Below the pieces are notes generated by a model. The model was not told where the DNA came from. It searched no databases and worked only from the letters and a program-made list of their open reading frames with translations. A program made the translations under genes and the position numbers. Source: a virus. From it: 64,000 nucleotides of DNA. Position 1 is the first letter of the stretch; each line of letters starts with the position of its first letter. Positions 34,082-43,060 of the stretch are shown in pieces. The stretch lies in the IMG/VR virus record IMGVR_UViG_3300023504_000004, positions 16,857 through 80,856 of that record; one strand, 5' to 3'.

Positions 34082-34234
34082 ATGTTTGAAAATATTTTAA
34101 CTTGGCTCTTACTTGCTGTGATAACATTTGCAGTAATAATTTTAATATCGTGGGTGAGTATATACACGATTCTTGATATTGTTTCTCGTTTGAAGAAATA
34201 TAAGAGCGGAGACAATTGGAGAATAAAACTTTAG
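34082..34234 (+). CDS. Small membrane protein (50 aa), possible NfeD-like partner of the SPFH protein
   Basis: Unlisted ORF 8 nt after the SPFH stop. Sequence MFENILTWLLLAVITFAVIILISWVSIYTILD... Confidence 0.35.
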   Translation: MFENILTWLLLAVITFAVIILISWVSIYTILDIVSRLKKYKSGDNWRIKL

Positions 34235-34306
34235 GTTTTCGATTTTTGCTATTCGTGGTGTCACATCCACGGATAGTATTCCAGAAAATATAAGAGGAGG
34301 AATGAT

Positions 34307-34495
34307 ATGCCGCCACAGACTATTTACACACTTGAGGATAACAAAGAAATTCTTGAGTGTGGACCATTTAAGATCGAAAGAGATAACTTACATAGTGCTG
34401 ATTGGATCGAATTACTGACAATACTTGGTGTTCAGGTTACATGTAATTACAGTGTTAAAGAGGCAAAATTCAAAGAGGTGAAAGAGGATGCTTAG
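34307..34495 (+). CDS. Hypothetical small protein
   Basis: ORF with SD 'taagaggaggaatgat'. Confidence 0.5.
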   Translation: MPPQTIYTLEDNKEILECGPFKIERDNLHSADWIELLTILGVQVTCNYSVKEAKFKEVKEDA

Positions 34496-34709
34496 AATCG
34501 ATTTATGTCAAGCTACTATGCTGGATGACTATGCAAATCTTATTGTAAAAGTGATCCAAAAAGATATCGAAGTAAAGCGTAATAAAATTATTAAGGCACT
34601 AATCGAGGTCGGGTTTTATAGATTAGCATTATGTATGCCGGAAGCGGTGTTACATGACGGTTATGAGGATTGGGTTGAGTTAGTAAAGTTGGTGATTCAA
34701 GATGATTGA
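34488..34709 (+). CDS. Hypothetical small protein
   Basis: ORF overlapping the previous stop. Confidence 0.45.
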   Translation: MLRIDLCQATMLDDYANLIVKVIQKDIEVKRNKIIKALIEVGFYRLALCMPEAVLHDGYEDWVELVKLVIQDD

Positions 34710-34875
34710 AGCGTTTGTAAAAGCACTTACAGTAAATCTGGCAGTTACAGCCATATGGTATGCATCAGAGTGGATGCAATTCGGAGAATTACAATTCAAT
34801 AGGGAGTGCGATAACATCGTAAACACTATTTATCTGTTTGTTTTGTGGTACTTATTTTATAAAAAAGAACGATGA
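34702..34875 (+). CDS. Small membrane protein (57 aa)
   Basis: Unlisted ORF overlapping the previous stop. Two hydrophobic segments. Confidence 0.3.
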   Translation: MIEAFVKALTVNLAVTAIWYASEWMQFGELQFNRECDNIVNTIYLFVLWYLFYKKER

Positions 34876-34902
34876 AATCGATCTTTCGTAGGAGGTGAAA
34901 AT

Positions 34903-35193
34903 TTGGAGTATAAGATTGCAAGGATTCAGCATTCTGGCACATGCGGAGAACGCTGGACTGACCGTGAAGACGGAAGATATATACATAGAGTAGGACGAAC
35001 AGTAGAGCTTGACGTGGAGAATATAGAGGTAGGGATACCGATGATTCTGCATTATGTAAAAGATCAGGATGGTAGTGATTATAGCAGTTTTATTCTTGCA
35101 ACAAGTCGTGTAAAAAGAGTTTCAGTTCCTGATGATAATACGGTTATTGTTGAGACAAGAAATAGTATTTTTAGATTTGAGAAATGTAAGTAA
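34903..35193 (+). CDS. Hypothetical protein
   Basis: ORF with SD 'gtaggaggtgaaaat'. Confidence 0.5.
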   Translation: MEYKIARIQHSGTCGERWTDREDGRYIHRVGRTVELDVENIEVGIPMILHYVKDQDGSDYSSFILATSRVKRVSVPDDNTVIVETRNSIFRFEKCK

Positions 35194-35292
35194 GATAAGA
35201 TTTCATGGGCAGATCGCCCAGATTTCCTCATTAAATTCGAAAGGAGTAAAGAGATTTGCTGCAGCATAAATCCGGATTTGCTCCAAATATGA

Positions 35293-36042
35293 ATGTTAGA
35301 AATTAATAAAATTTACAATCAAGATTGTCTGGATGGTATGAAATTACTTGACGATCATTCTATTGATCTAATTTGTACGGATCTCCCTTATGGTGTTACA
35401 CAAAATAAATCAGATATCGAGATTCCGTTTGAGCCACTATGGGAGCAATACGAGAGAATTATTAAGGAGAACGGCGCAATTGTTTTGTTTGGTCAGGGTA
35501 TGTTTTACATTGATCTTGTGGACTCCAATCGCAAGCTGTTTCGATACGACCTGGTTTGGGACAAGATTCTCACGACAGGATTTCTGAACGCTAAGAAGAT
35601 GCCATTAAGACAACATGAGCAGATTGCTGTGTTCTATAAGAAACCGCCAATATATAATCCTCAGTTTACTGTTGGAAAGCCACTACATAGTCAGGGTAAA
35701 GCTTGTGCTGGCGATGAGATTGTAAACAATAATTATGGAAAATTTGATCGGAATAATAACGGTCGTGCCGGAAGTACGGAGAAATATCCAACCAGTATTA
35801 TTCGAATTCAGAAGCCACATTCCAGTAAAGCAAAGCATAGAACTGCAAAACCAGTTGAACTAATTGAATGGATTATCAAGACATATACAAACCCAGGTGA
35901 GATTGTGTTAGATTCCTGCGCTGGAAGTGGAACTACGGCTATCGCAGCTATGTGCACAGGAAGAAACTGGATCTGTTTCGAGAACGATAAAGACATATAT
36001 GAGGTGGCGAAAGAGAGAATTAAAGAGTATCAGCAGCGATGA
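35293..36042 (+). CDS. DNA methyltransferase, beta-class (N6-adenine or N4-cytosine; motif IV before motif I)
   Basis: 'DLICTDLPYGV' is a D/SPPY-type catalytic motif. The later 'LDSCAGSGTTAIAA' is the SAM-binding motif I. ~249 aa. No partner endonuclease. Confidence 0.7.
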   Translation: MLEINKIYNQDCLDGMKLLDDHSIDLICTDLPYGVTQNKSDIEIPFEPLWEQYERIIKENGAIVLFGQGMFYIDLVDSNRKLFRYDLVWDKILTTGFLNAKKMPLRQHEQIAVFYKKPPIYNPQFTVGKPLHSQGKACAGDEIVNNNYGKFDRNNNGRAGSTEKYPTSIIRIQKPHSSKAKHRTAKPVELIEWIIKTYTNPGEIVLDSCAGSGTTAIAAMCTGRNWICFENDKDIYEVAKERIKEYQQR

Positions 36043-36068
36043 ATTTTTAGTTTCAAAAGGAGATTTAG

Positions 36069-36524
36069 ATGTTAAACAAAGAAAAATTTGCAAAAGAAAT
36101 CATGGAATTAGCTTTGAATCATGAGACTGTCTCGATTACAACTGATGGAAAATTAATCCCATGCGGACAAGTTCCTTGCGATTATTGCAAACTTTATGGT
36201 CATTACGACTGGAGTAGCAGCCCTTCTATTAGGAACAAATGTAAAGGTGCTTTTGTTAGATGGGCAAACTCCGAATATAAAGAGCCAGAAATTGATTGGA
36301 CGAAGGTTCCAGTAGATACACCGGTATTAGTTTGGGACTTTGAGAAAGATAAAGACGAAGCTGAAAGAGTATATTTTTCACGTTACGTAGAAGTTGCAGA
36401 TTATCCTTATGAAGTATTTGACGACGGACGAACCAGTTGGTCGTCAGACGACTATGAAGTGAGTACATGGAGATGTTGCGAACTTGCCAGGGAAGAGGAT
36501 GTTGAGAAATACAGAAAGAGGTAG
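36069..36524 (+). CDS. Hypothetical protein
   Basis: ORF preceded by 'tttcaaaaggagatttag'. Confidence 0.5.
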   Translation: MLNKEKFAKEIMELALNHETVSITTDGKLIPCGQVPCDYCKLYGHYDWSSSPSIRNKCKGAFVRWANSEYKEPEIDWTKVPVDTPVLVWDFEKDKDEAERVYFSRYVEVADYPYEVFDDGRTSWSSDDYEVSTWRCCELAREEDVEKYRKR

Positions 36525-36527
36525 TAT

Positions 36528-36821
36528 ATGGCGAATTATAAACCGTTGACTTGCCAAAGTTTGGAGTGTGATTTCCGGAAATTATGCAGAGCGTTTGGTG
36601 ATATAAATGAGAAAGATTGTGCTCATTATATCCCTCTAAAGTCTGATCCAGCTCCAATCAAATGGGAGAAAGAATATTCAGATTCTACTCTTATGAGTTT
36701 TACAAAAAAACAGCTTATTGAGTATATTCATTGTCTTGTACATAATAACAATGTTTTGCAGGAGACAGTAAATGAGCAAGCTGATATGATGATAAAGATG
36801 TCAAATACACAAAGTAAATAA
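36528..36821 (+). CDS. Hypothetical protein
   Basis: ORF immediately after the previous stop. Confidence 0.5.
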   Translation: MANYKPLTCQSLECDFRKLCRAFGDINEKDCAHYIPLKSDPAPIKWEKEYSDSTLMSFTKKQLIEYIHCLVHNNNVLQETVNEQADMMIKMSNTQSK

Positions 36822-36833
36822 AGAGGAATAAAA

Positions 36834-37205
36834 ATGGAATTTGTAAAACATTATTATCCACCTTTGAAAACACATGTCGAGGCAACAGAGTATCTCAGTA
36901 TAGATGCAAATATAAAATTCGATAACGAGGAAGCATTTTGCGGTAAGCCTCGAATTATCTTAAAAGCTATGTATGATAAACCATTTTTTTCATGGTCTAA
37001 ATATGAAATCGGCGTAGGGATACGAGACGATGATGATTTTGACATTGGATATATTTACAAGCCAACAAAAGAGCAGTTTTTTGACGTTTTGCATGAGCTA
37101 ATTAACTGGATTCATGACCTTGAAATGGGATGCTGCTGTTGGGACGAATTCATCGAAGATCCGAATTTCTTTCCAAATTTGGACTGTGAAAGAGAAAAGT
37201 GGTAA
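36834..37205 (+). CDS. Hypothetical protein
   Basis: ORF with SD 'aagaggaataaaa'. Confidence 0.5.
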   Translation: MEFVKHYYPPLKTHVEATEYLSIDANIKFDNEEAFCGKPRIILKAMYDKPFFSWSKYEIGVGIRDDDDFDIGYIYKPTKEQFFDVLHELINWIHDLEMGCCCWDEFIEDPNFFPNLDCEREKW

Positions 37206-37207
37206 TA

Positions 37208-37606
37208 ATGAAAAAATTATATAGTGTTAGTACGGAGCAATTCTTTTCATACACTACACATCCAGGCATATTTAGTAAAAATAAAGAACCAAAAGTAGAA
37301 AAATATTGGGTGTTAAGAAACAAAAAAATCATTTATGCCGAAAGCGAAAAGATTGCAGAAGAGAAGTACAGTGCGTGGTTTAAAAAGACATATACCGGCG
37401 TGACTCGTGGTTGGGGAGACTGGTATACATGGTCCGATGGAGTGAGCTATAACATGGACGAGGACTGTATCGAAGTTCTCTCAGAGGAATTATTTGCTTC
37501 AGATCTGATTTATGAAAATATTGAAGAACTAAAGAAAAAAATGCAAGCCGAAAATTTCCGAGAATGGTGGTTTGGAGAGAATTACGAACAAAAGAGTGAA
37601 AAATGA
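37208..37606 (+). CDS. Hypothetical protein
   Basis: First non-overlapping ATG of ORF 37199-37606. Confidence 0.5.
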   Translation: MKKLYSVSTEQFFSYTTHPGIFSKNKEPKVEKYWVLRNKKIIYAESEKIAEEKYSAWFKKTYTGVTRGWGDWYTWSDGVSYNMDEDCIEVLSEELFASDLIYENIEELKKKMQAENFREWWFGENYEQKSEK

Positions 37607-37659
37607 AATGATTATTGATGCACTTCAGGAACAACTAAATAAATTGGAGGATTAAAATT

Positions 37660-38520
37660 ATGCCAGTACATGATGATCTTGGTCTTCGCATGAAGACTTT
37701 TTATGAAGAAATTCCAAAAACAAAATTAATGCGGCGCTGCCCTGTTGCGATCAGAATTGACGGAAAAGCTTTTCACACGTTTACGCGCAAATTCCAGAAG
37801 CCATTTGACGAGATCTTGATCGAATCTATGCAGGAAACTATGAAATACCTGTGTGAAAATATCCAGGGATGCGTCTTAGGCTATACCCAGTCTGATGAGA
37901 TCACATTGATCTTGGTTGATTATAAGAAGCTGACATCTGTAGCCTGGTTCGACTATGAAGTTCAGAAGGTTTGTAGTATTGCGGCTTCCATGGCAACTAT
38001 GGCATTTAATAGAAATTTTAGAGATACAATTGATTTAGCTTACGATCAGGAATTTCGTGATTTAGGCTTAAATAAAGAACCAGATAAGAGTCAGGAAGAT
38101 GATTATAATAAAAAGTTTGAAGTATTAGAGAAAAAGTATGACAAGTATTATTCTCAAATCGATAAGGCGATGTTTGACGCCCGTTGCTTTAGCATTCCAA
38201 AAGAAGAAGTAGCAAACCTGATCTATTGGCGGCAGCTTGACGCCACACGCAACTCTATTCAAATGGTTGGACAAGCCAATTTCTCACATAAGGAACTTCA
38301 GAATAAGTCTTGTAACCAGATTCAGGATATGTTAATGGTTCAGAAAAGCATTAATTGGAATAATTTCCCGACTTATCAGAAGAGAGGAAGCTGTTGTATT
38401 AAAGAGGAGAAAATGATTGAAGACCAGATGAGAAGTAGTTGGATTATCGATACAGAAATTCCAATCTTTAAGGGTATTGATAGGGATTATGTTGAGAAAC
38501 GAATTCTTATTGGAGAATGA
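37660..38520 (+). CDS. Thg1-like protein (tRNA-His guanylyltransferase family 3'-5' nucleotidyltransferase)
   Basis: N-terminal 'CPVAIRIDGKAFHTFTRKF' matches the Thg1 signature (RxDGrxFxxFt). Total size matches Thg1/TLP. SD 'aaattggaggattaaaatt'. Confidence 0.6.
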   Translation: MPVHDDLGLRMKTFYEEIPKTKLMRRCPVAIRIDGKAFHTFTRKFQKPFDEILIESMQETMKYLCENIQGCVLGYTQSDEITLILVDYKKLTSVAWFDYEVQKVCSIAASMATMAFNRNFRDTIDLAYDQEFRDLGLNKEPDKSQEDDYNKKFEVLEKKYDKYYSQIDKAMFDARCFSIPKEEVANLIYWRQLDATRNSIQMVGQANFSHKELQNKSCNQIQDMLMVQKSINWNNFPTYQKRGSCCIKEEKMIEDQMRSSWIIDTEIPIFKGIDRDYVEKRILIGE

Positions 38521-38552
38521 TAAAATTACGCTTTCAACAGGAGAATATATAA

Positions 38553-38888
38553 ATGGCAACATATGAAAGACTGTACAATGAGAAGGGTGAGTTGGCAGTA
38601 TTGTATGGAAGTTTTTGGAGTACCGACGATGCTGAATTGCACAATTTAAAAGGTGAAGAAGCGTATCGGCTGGCTCTGGATAAAAGAGTTATAGAGTTCT
38701 GGCAGTCCAACAAAGATTTCTACGACATGTTGGACTTCTTAAAAAGTATTGGATACAACTGGCCAAGTGGAGAACCGGATAGACAAAAATTAGCTTGGAT
38801 TCCCAAAGGGACACCATTTTATATTCATACATATGACGGTGATGAAACAATTGAGACACCAGAAAGTTGCAACATGATTATAGCGTAG
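38553..38888 (+). CDS. Hypothetical protein
   Basis: ORF preceded by 'ctttcaacaggagaatatataa'. Confidence 0.5.
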   Translation: MATYERLYNEKGELAVLYGSFWSTDDAELHNLKGEEAYRLALDKRVIEFWQSNKDFYDMLDFLKSIGYNWPSGEPDRQKLAWIPKGTPFYIHTYDGDETIETPESCNMIIA

Positions 38889-38898
38889 GAGTAGAAAC

Positions 38899-39081
38899 AT
38901 GATATATATAGCATATGCTGTAGCATGGATTGCCACCGCTGTAGCAGTAATTTTCGGAATTAAATTAACAGGGTCAGCATGGTGTTTATGGGCTTTCTTT
39001 TTTCCGGCTGGCATTAGTTTATCTCACAACAAAAAAACTGATAATAACGATGAGGCGGACAGACATGATAAAGATGAATAA
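38899..39081 (+). CDS. Small membrane protein (60 aa)
   Basis: Two hydrophobic helices (IYIAYAVAWIATAVAVIFGI ... WCLWAFFFPAGISL). SD 'gtaggagtagaaac'. Confidence 0.45.
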   Translation: MIYIAYAVAWIATAVAVIFGIKLTGSAWCLWAFFFPAGISLSHNKKTDNNDEADRHDKDE

Positions 39082-39282
39082 AATAAGCATTTCAGGAGGT
39101 GTAACAGCACGAAAGTAATTCAAAACAATTATAAAAAAGAAGAGAATAAAAGAGTAGAGAAAAATACTTTTATTACATATTGTGACCAGTGTAATTCTGA
39201 GCTTGAAATCACAAAAGAAGATACTCATATTGGTTGGCTCGGTGCTCGATTTGTAACCTGTCCATGCTGTGGAGAAGAATCT

Positions 39283-39648
39283 ATGGTTGAAGAGCTGCAA
39301 GGCATTACTCTTACAAAAGATAATATCCAGTTTCCTGCGCATTTTTACAGAACAAAAACAGGGAAAATTGGTGTTAAGGAGGTTACAAATCAGAAAGTCG
39401 TAGATGAAATAAAGCGAGGAATTGAGTGGCTACGGAGTGAAAAGAATGAATATTATTGGTTTACAAAATATGGAGACCTCTTTCTAATTATATTTAAACA
39501 CGATGGAGGCGGAAAATATAACGTGTTGGTTACGAGGGACTGGTATGAAACAGATATCCCATTCGAAGAAGATGATTACAAATGGGATGAGAAAAGGCTT
39601 TCAGAAGATGATGACGACATGGGGTGGGGAGGAGATGATAATTTATGA
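39283..39648 (+). CDS. Hypothetical protein. The ORF is open upstream to 39082 and there encodes a zinc ribbon, but no canonical start codon is present.
   Basis: Listed ORF from the first ATG. The in-frame upstream stretch (39082-39282) encodes ...YCDQCNSELEITKEDTHIGWLGARFVTCPCCGEES... It follows the SD 'tttcaggaggtg' (39088-39099) but contains no ATG, GTG or TTG. Confidence 0.45.
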   Translation: MVEELQGITLTKDNIQFPAHFYRTKTGKIGVKEVTNQKVVDEIKRGIEWLRSEKNEYYWFTKYGDLFLIIFKHDGGGKYNVLVTRDWYETDIPFEEDDYKWDEKRLSEDDDDMGWGGDDNL

Positions 39649-41258
39649 CGGATTTAGAAACTTGGTTCCTTGATTTTGGCGATGATCATATTTTCAGATT
39701 ATACGATCCATTTTCAATTCGCGTAGTGGAAAAAGTGCGAATTAATAATATGATTGAACTTCCAAACAAAGATGTACTAATTGAATATTCGGAAGTTAAT
39801 AGCGAAGAAGATTTTAATGCAGAATGGGGTAAAGCACCTTTATGTTATAAAAACTCAGTGAGATCAAATTGGAGTATCATCCGCATGATAATCAATTTTG
39901 TTCAAATGCAACTGCCTTACCAGCAACCGAGTAAAGGAGAAAAAATGAGTTGGAATCCTGTGCTGAATAAATTTATTGAAATAAAAAATACATATAAAAA
40001 TAAAATTGGCGAACCAACCTATTCTTATAAATCTGGCTATACAGATGAATCAAAAACATGTCTCGAGCGATGGGTTGAAGAGTTAATTGAAAAATTCCCA
40101 GATAAGCAATTCCAGCAGTACGAAGAACTTCTTTCTTGCTTGGAAATGAATCAATGGAATCAGTTTTTGATAATTAGATATGCCAGATATAGTAATGTAT
40201 ATGACGGTGAGGTCGAGTCTTCTGGCGAAGATTTTTGGGACAGATATAGCGGATTTTATAGAGAATGCAGGAGTGTTGTTATTGACGTTGTAAATGATAA
40301 AATTGTATTAGCACCATTTAAGAAATTTTTTAACATCAATGAACTTGAAGAAACTCGTCTGGAGAATGTAGAACGCAGAATTGCTACCGCGACAAATGTT
40401 GAATTTTCTAATAAACTTGATGGCTCAATGCAATCGGCAACGTGGTATGATGGTCGGATTATTATGGCTGGAAGTCAGGCAATTGATCCAAGTAATTCAT
40501 GGAGATTGCAGGAAGGTTATAGAATGCTTGATTTGCGTCCAGGTTATAAGAGAATGCTGACCGAACACCCTGGTCTGACTTTTATTTTTGAATATATTTC
40601 GCTTAAAGACGCTCATGTTGTTAAATATAAAAAAGAGCAAGAGGGACTATATTTGATTGGCGTGAGAAACAATAATGACGGCAGAGAGTTACCGTACCGT
40701 TCTGTTTTAGATGTCGCATATGTTTATAATATTCCAACAACGGAGATTTTTGATAAAACATTAGACCAGGTAATGGCAGAACTTGATGAAAAATCTTCTG
40801 ATGAAGCAGAAGGGTTTGTCATTAACATTGATGGATATAAGGTTAAAGTCAAGTACAATGACTACGTTCATATCCATAAAGCTTTATCTAAATCATCCTC
40901 AATAAATCTAATCATTAAGTCTATTGCAGACGATACGTTCGACGACCTTCTTTCGAAACTTCCAGAAGCTTATCATGACAATGTAAAAAGAGTTGCAAAT
41001 ATTGTTTTTAATTATATTTGTGACACTGAGAATATCATTAGAAAATATTATAACGAAGCGCCAAAGAACGATAAAAAGAAATTTATGATTTGGGTCAATT
41101 CTAATGTTCCCAAAAAATATCGCGGATTCTGTCGATCTTTGTATCTCGGAGATCCAATTAATGTATTAAAAAAACATAATGGTTCTGGCTATTTAAAACT
41201 TAAAGATATGGGTATCGAGGATTATGGAAAACTATTTGTAAACAATGAGAACGAATAA
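39645..41258 (+). CDS. ATP-dependent RNA ligase (Rnl-type nucleotidyltransferase)
   Basis: Motif I 'SNKLDGSMQSA' (KxDG). Motif IV/V 'EGFVINIDGYKVKVKYNDY' (EGxV...KxK). 537 aa. Start overlaps the upstream stop (ATGA). Confidence 0.65.
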   Translation: MTDLETWFLDFGDDHIFRLYDPFSIRVVEKVRINNMIELPNKDVLIEYSEVNSEEDFNAEWGKAPLCYKNSVRSNWSIIRMIINFVQMQLPYQQPSKGEKMSWNPVLNKFIEIKNTYKNKIGEPTYSYKSGYTDESKTCLERWVEELIEKFPDKQFQQYEELLSCLEMNQWNQFLIIRYARYSNVYDGEVESSGEDFWDRYSGFYRECRSVVIDVVNDKIVLAPFKKFFNINELEETRLENVERRIATATNVEFSNKLDGSMQSATWYDGRIIMAGSQAIDPSNSWRLQEGYRMLDLRPGYKRMLTEHPGLTFIFEYISLKDAHVVKYKKEQEGLYLIGVRNNNDGRELPYRSVLDVAYVYNIPTTEIFDKTLDQVMAELDEKSSDEAEGFVINIDGYKVKVKYNDYVHIHKALSKSSSINLIIKSIADDTFDDLLSKLPEAYHDNVKRVANIVFNYICDTENIIRKYYNEAPKNDKKKFMIWVNSNVPKKYRGFCRSLYLGDPINVLKKHNGSGYLKLKDMGIEDYGKLFVNNENE

Positions 41259-41285
41259 CAGGGAACAAGAAAAAACGAGGTAAAA

Positions 41286-42215
41286 ATGACAATCAAAGAC
41301 ATTGAAACAAAACTTTCGCCTAAACCATCACTCTATGTTATGTGCGGGCTTTCCGGAAGTGGAAAATCCACCATTGCAAAAGAGTATCAGAAAAAGATTC
41401 CTGGTAGCGTGATTATCTCTTCTGATGAGATTAGAGAGGAATTGTGTGACGGAAACCGTGCGGATCAGAGTAAGAACGACGAAGTGTTTAGAGTATTTCA
41501 CGATAGAATCCGAAAAAATTTGGAGAAACATAAGAGTGTAATCGTAGATGCAACCAATATTACAATGAAGTCCCGTAGAGCTATTCTGGGCAAAGTAAAC
41601 GGTCTGGATATTAACAAGATTTGCCTGATCGTTCCGAAACCATACGAGCAATGCCTGGTTGACAACAAACAGCGTGAGTGGCCGGTTCCTGATGAGGTGA
41701 TTGAACACCAGCGCAGTCGGTTCCAGATTCCATTCAAGGAGGAAGGTTGGACGGAGATTAGAATTGAGAGTGGATTTAAGGATCGGCCATATAGATTCGA
41801 TGAGATGATGAAAGGGTATGATCAGAAAAGTCCATATCATGCCTTTACTTTAGACGAGCATTGTCAACTTGCGGCTGACATGTTCTTCGACATCAAAGGG
41901 TATAGACAGCCATGGTATGCTGGAGCACTACTGCATGATGTCGGAAAACTGTTTACGCAGACTATCGATGAAAACGGTGTAGCTCATTACTACTCGCATG
42001 AAAACGTCGGCGCATATGAGATTCTATCATTAAAGCCGAATGAAGAGGATATTGTAGACATTTGTTTCCTGATTAATTATCACATGCTACCGTTCAGTTG
42101 GAATCTTAATTGGCGCGAGCCGACGAGAACTATGAAGAGATGGCAGCGTAGGTTTGGAGAAGAGAAGTATCAAATGTTGTTAGACTTCCATGAGTGTGAT
42201 ATGGCTATGGCGTAG
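41286..42215 (+). CDS. Polynucleotide kinase (P-loop) fused to an HD phosphohydrolase domain
   Basis: Walker A 'CGLSGSGKST', Walker B-like 'VIVDATN'. C-terminal HD motifs 'LDEH', 'LLHDVGK', 'YSHEN', 'INYHM'. SD 'aaaacgaggtaaaa'. Confidence 0.65.
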   Translation: MTIKDIETKLSPKPSLYVMCGLSGSGKSTIAKEYQKKIPGSVIISSDEIREELCDGNRADQSKNDEVFRVFHDRIRKNLEKHKSVIVDATNITMKSRRAILGKVNGLDINKICLIVPKPYEQCLVDNKQREWPVPDEVIEHQRSRFQIPFKEEGWTEIRIESGFKDRPYRFDEMMKGYDQKSPYHAFTLDEHCQLAADMFFDIKGYRQPWYAGALLHDVGKLFTQTIDENGVAHYYSHENVGAYEILSLKPNEEDIVDICFLINYHMLPFSWNLNWREPTRTMKRWQRRFGEEKYQMLLDFHECDMAMA

Positions 42216-42227
42216 GAGAATAATCAT

Positions 42228-42617
42228 ATGGAATATACAAAGTGGGAAGACGGCAAAGTTAAGCATGTGCTCGATTTTGATAGATGCATCGAGTCTCTGA
42301 TGGAAAGAAATGCTGATCAGGACAAGCGAATCAAAAGCCTTGTGGAAGAAAATAAACGTCTCAAAAGTGAGCATTATAAAGACACAGAATTGCAGAATTT
42401 ACAACAAAAATATGACGAACTGAAGAAGGATGCTTACAGAGGTTTCACTATCACCGAAGAAGAAAGTAAGCATATCTATGAGTGGAAATATAAGCACGAG
42501 ATGCAGGAACACCTAAGAGCAAGTTACACCTATATTTTCGCACCTACCGCATTAGGGTTGGTTGGTAGAATTAAATGCTCATGCGGTGCAGAATTTGATT
42601 TTAGGAAACTGGAATAG
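42228..42617 (+). CDS. Hypothetical protein
   Basis: ORF preceded by 'gtaggagaataatcatATG'. Confidence 0.5.
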   Translation: MEYTKWEDGKVKHVLDFDRCIESLMERNADQDKRIKSLVEENKRLKSEHYKDTELQNLQQKYDELKKDAYRGFTITEEESKHIYEWKYKHEMQEHLRASYTYIFAPTALGLVGRIKCSCGAEFDFRKLE

Positions 42618-42629
42618 GAGAATAATACT

Positions 42630-43022
42630 ATGGTTGATCGTTTGAAAATTATGTGCAATAAAAACTCGTATGGCAATTTAGTCGAAGAAATTATTATGAT
42701 TGCAATTGAAAGTGCGTTAGAGGAAATTTCTGAAAAAATGCGTACTCGGCTGGAATGTAGATATAATTGGTTGGGAGATACGGACGGCTTATACCATTCG
42801 AATGGGTCTACGGAATTTTTGAGTATTCACTTAAAGGAATATCGTATTGCATTAAGCGATTGTCAATATAAAAATATTTATACGCTTATTGAAAATATTT
42901 TACAAGAGAAACTATACGATAGAGAAGATACAGATAGCAATACAGCAGTTGTTTATTTACATAATTGCATTTTGGATGGATCCGATATTGTCGTTAGTTT
43001 AAACATTGTAATGTTGAAATAA
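42630..43022 (+). CDS. Hypothetical protein
   Basis: ORF preceded by 'ataggagaataatactATG'. Confidence 0.5.
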   Translation: MVDRLKIMCNKNSYGNLVEEIIMIAIESALEEISEKMRTRLECRYNWLGDTDGLYHSNGSTEFLSIHLKEYRIALSDCQYKNIYTLIENILQEKLYDREDTDSNTAVVYLHNCILDGSDIVVSLNIVMLK

Positions 43023-43060
43023 ATCTTTCAAATGAATAAAAAAGGAGCAACAAAAAAAAT

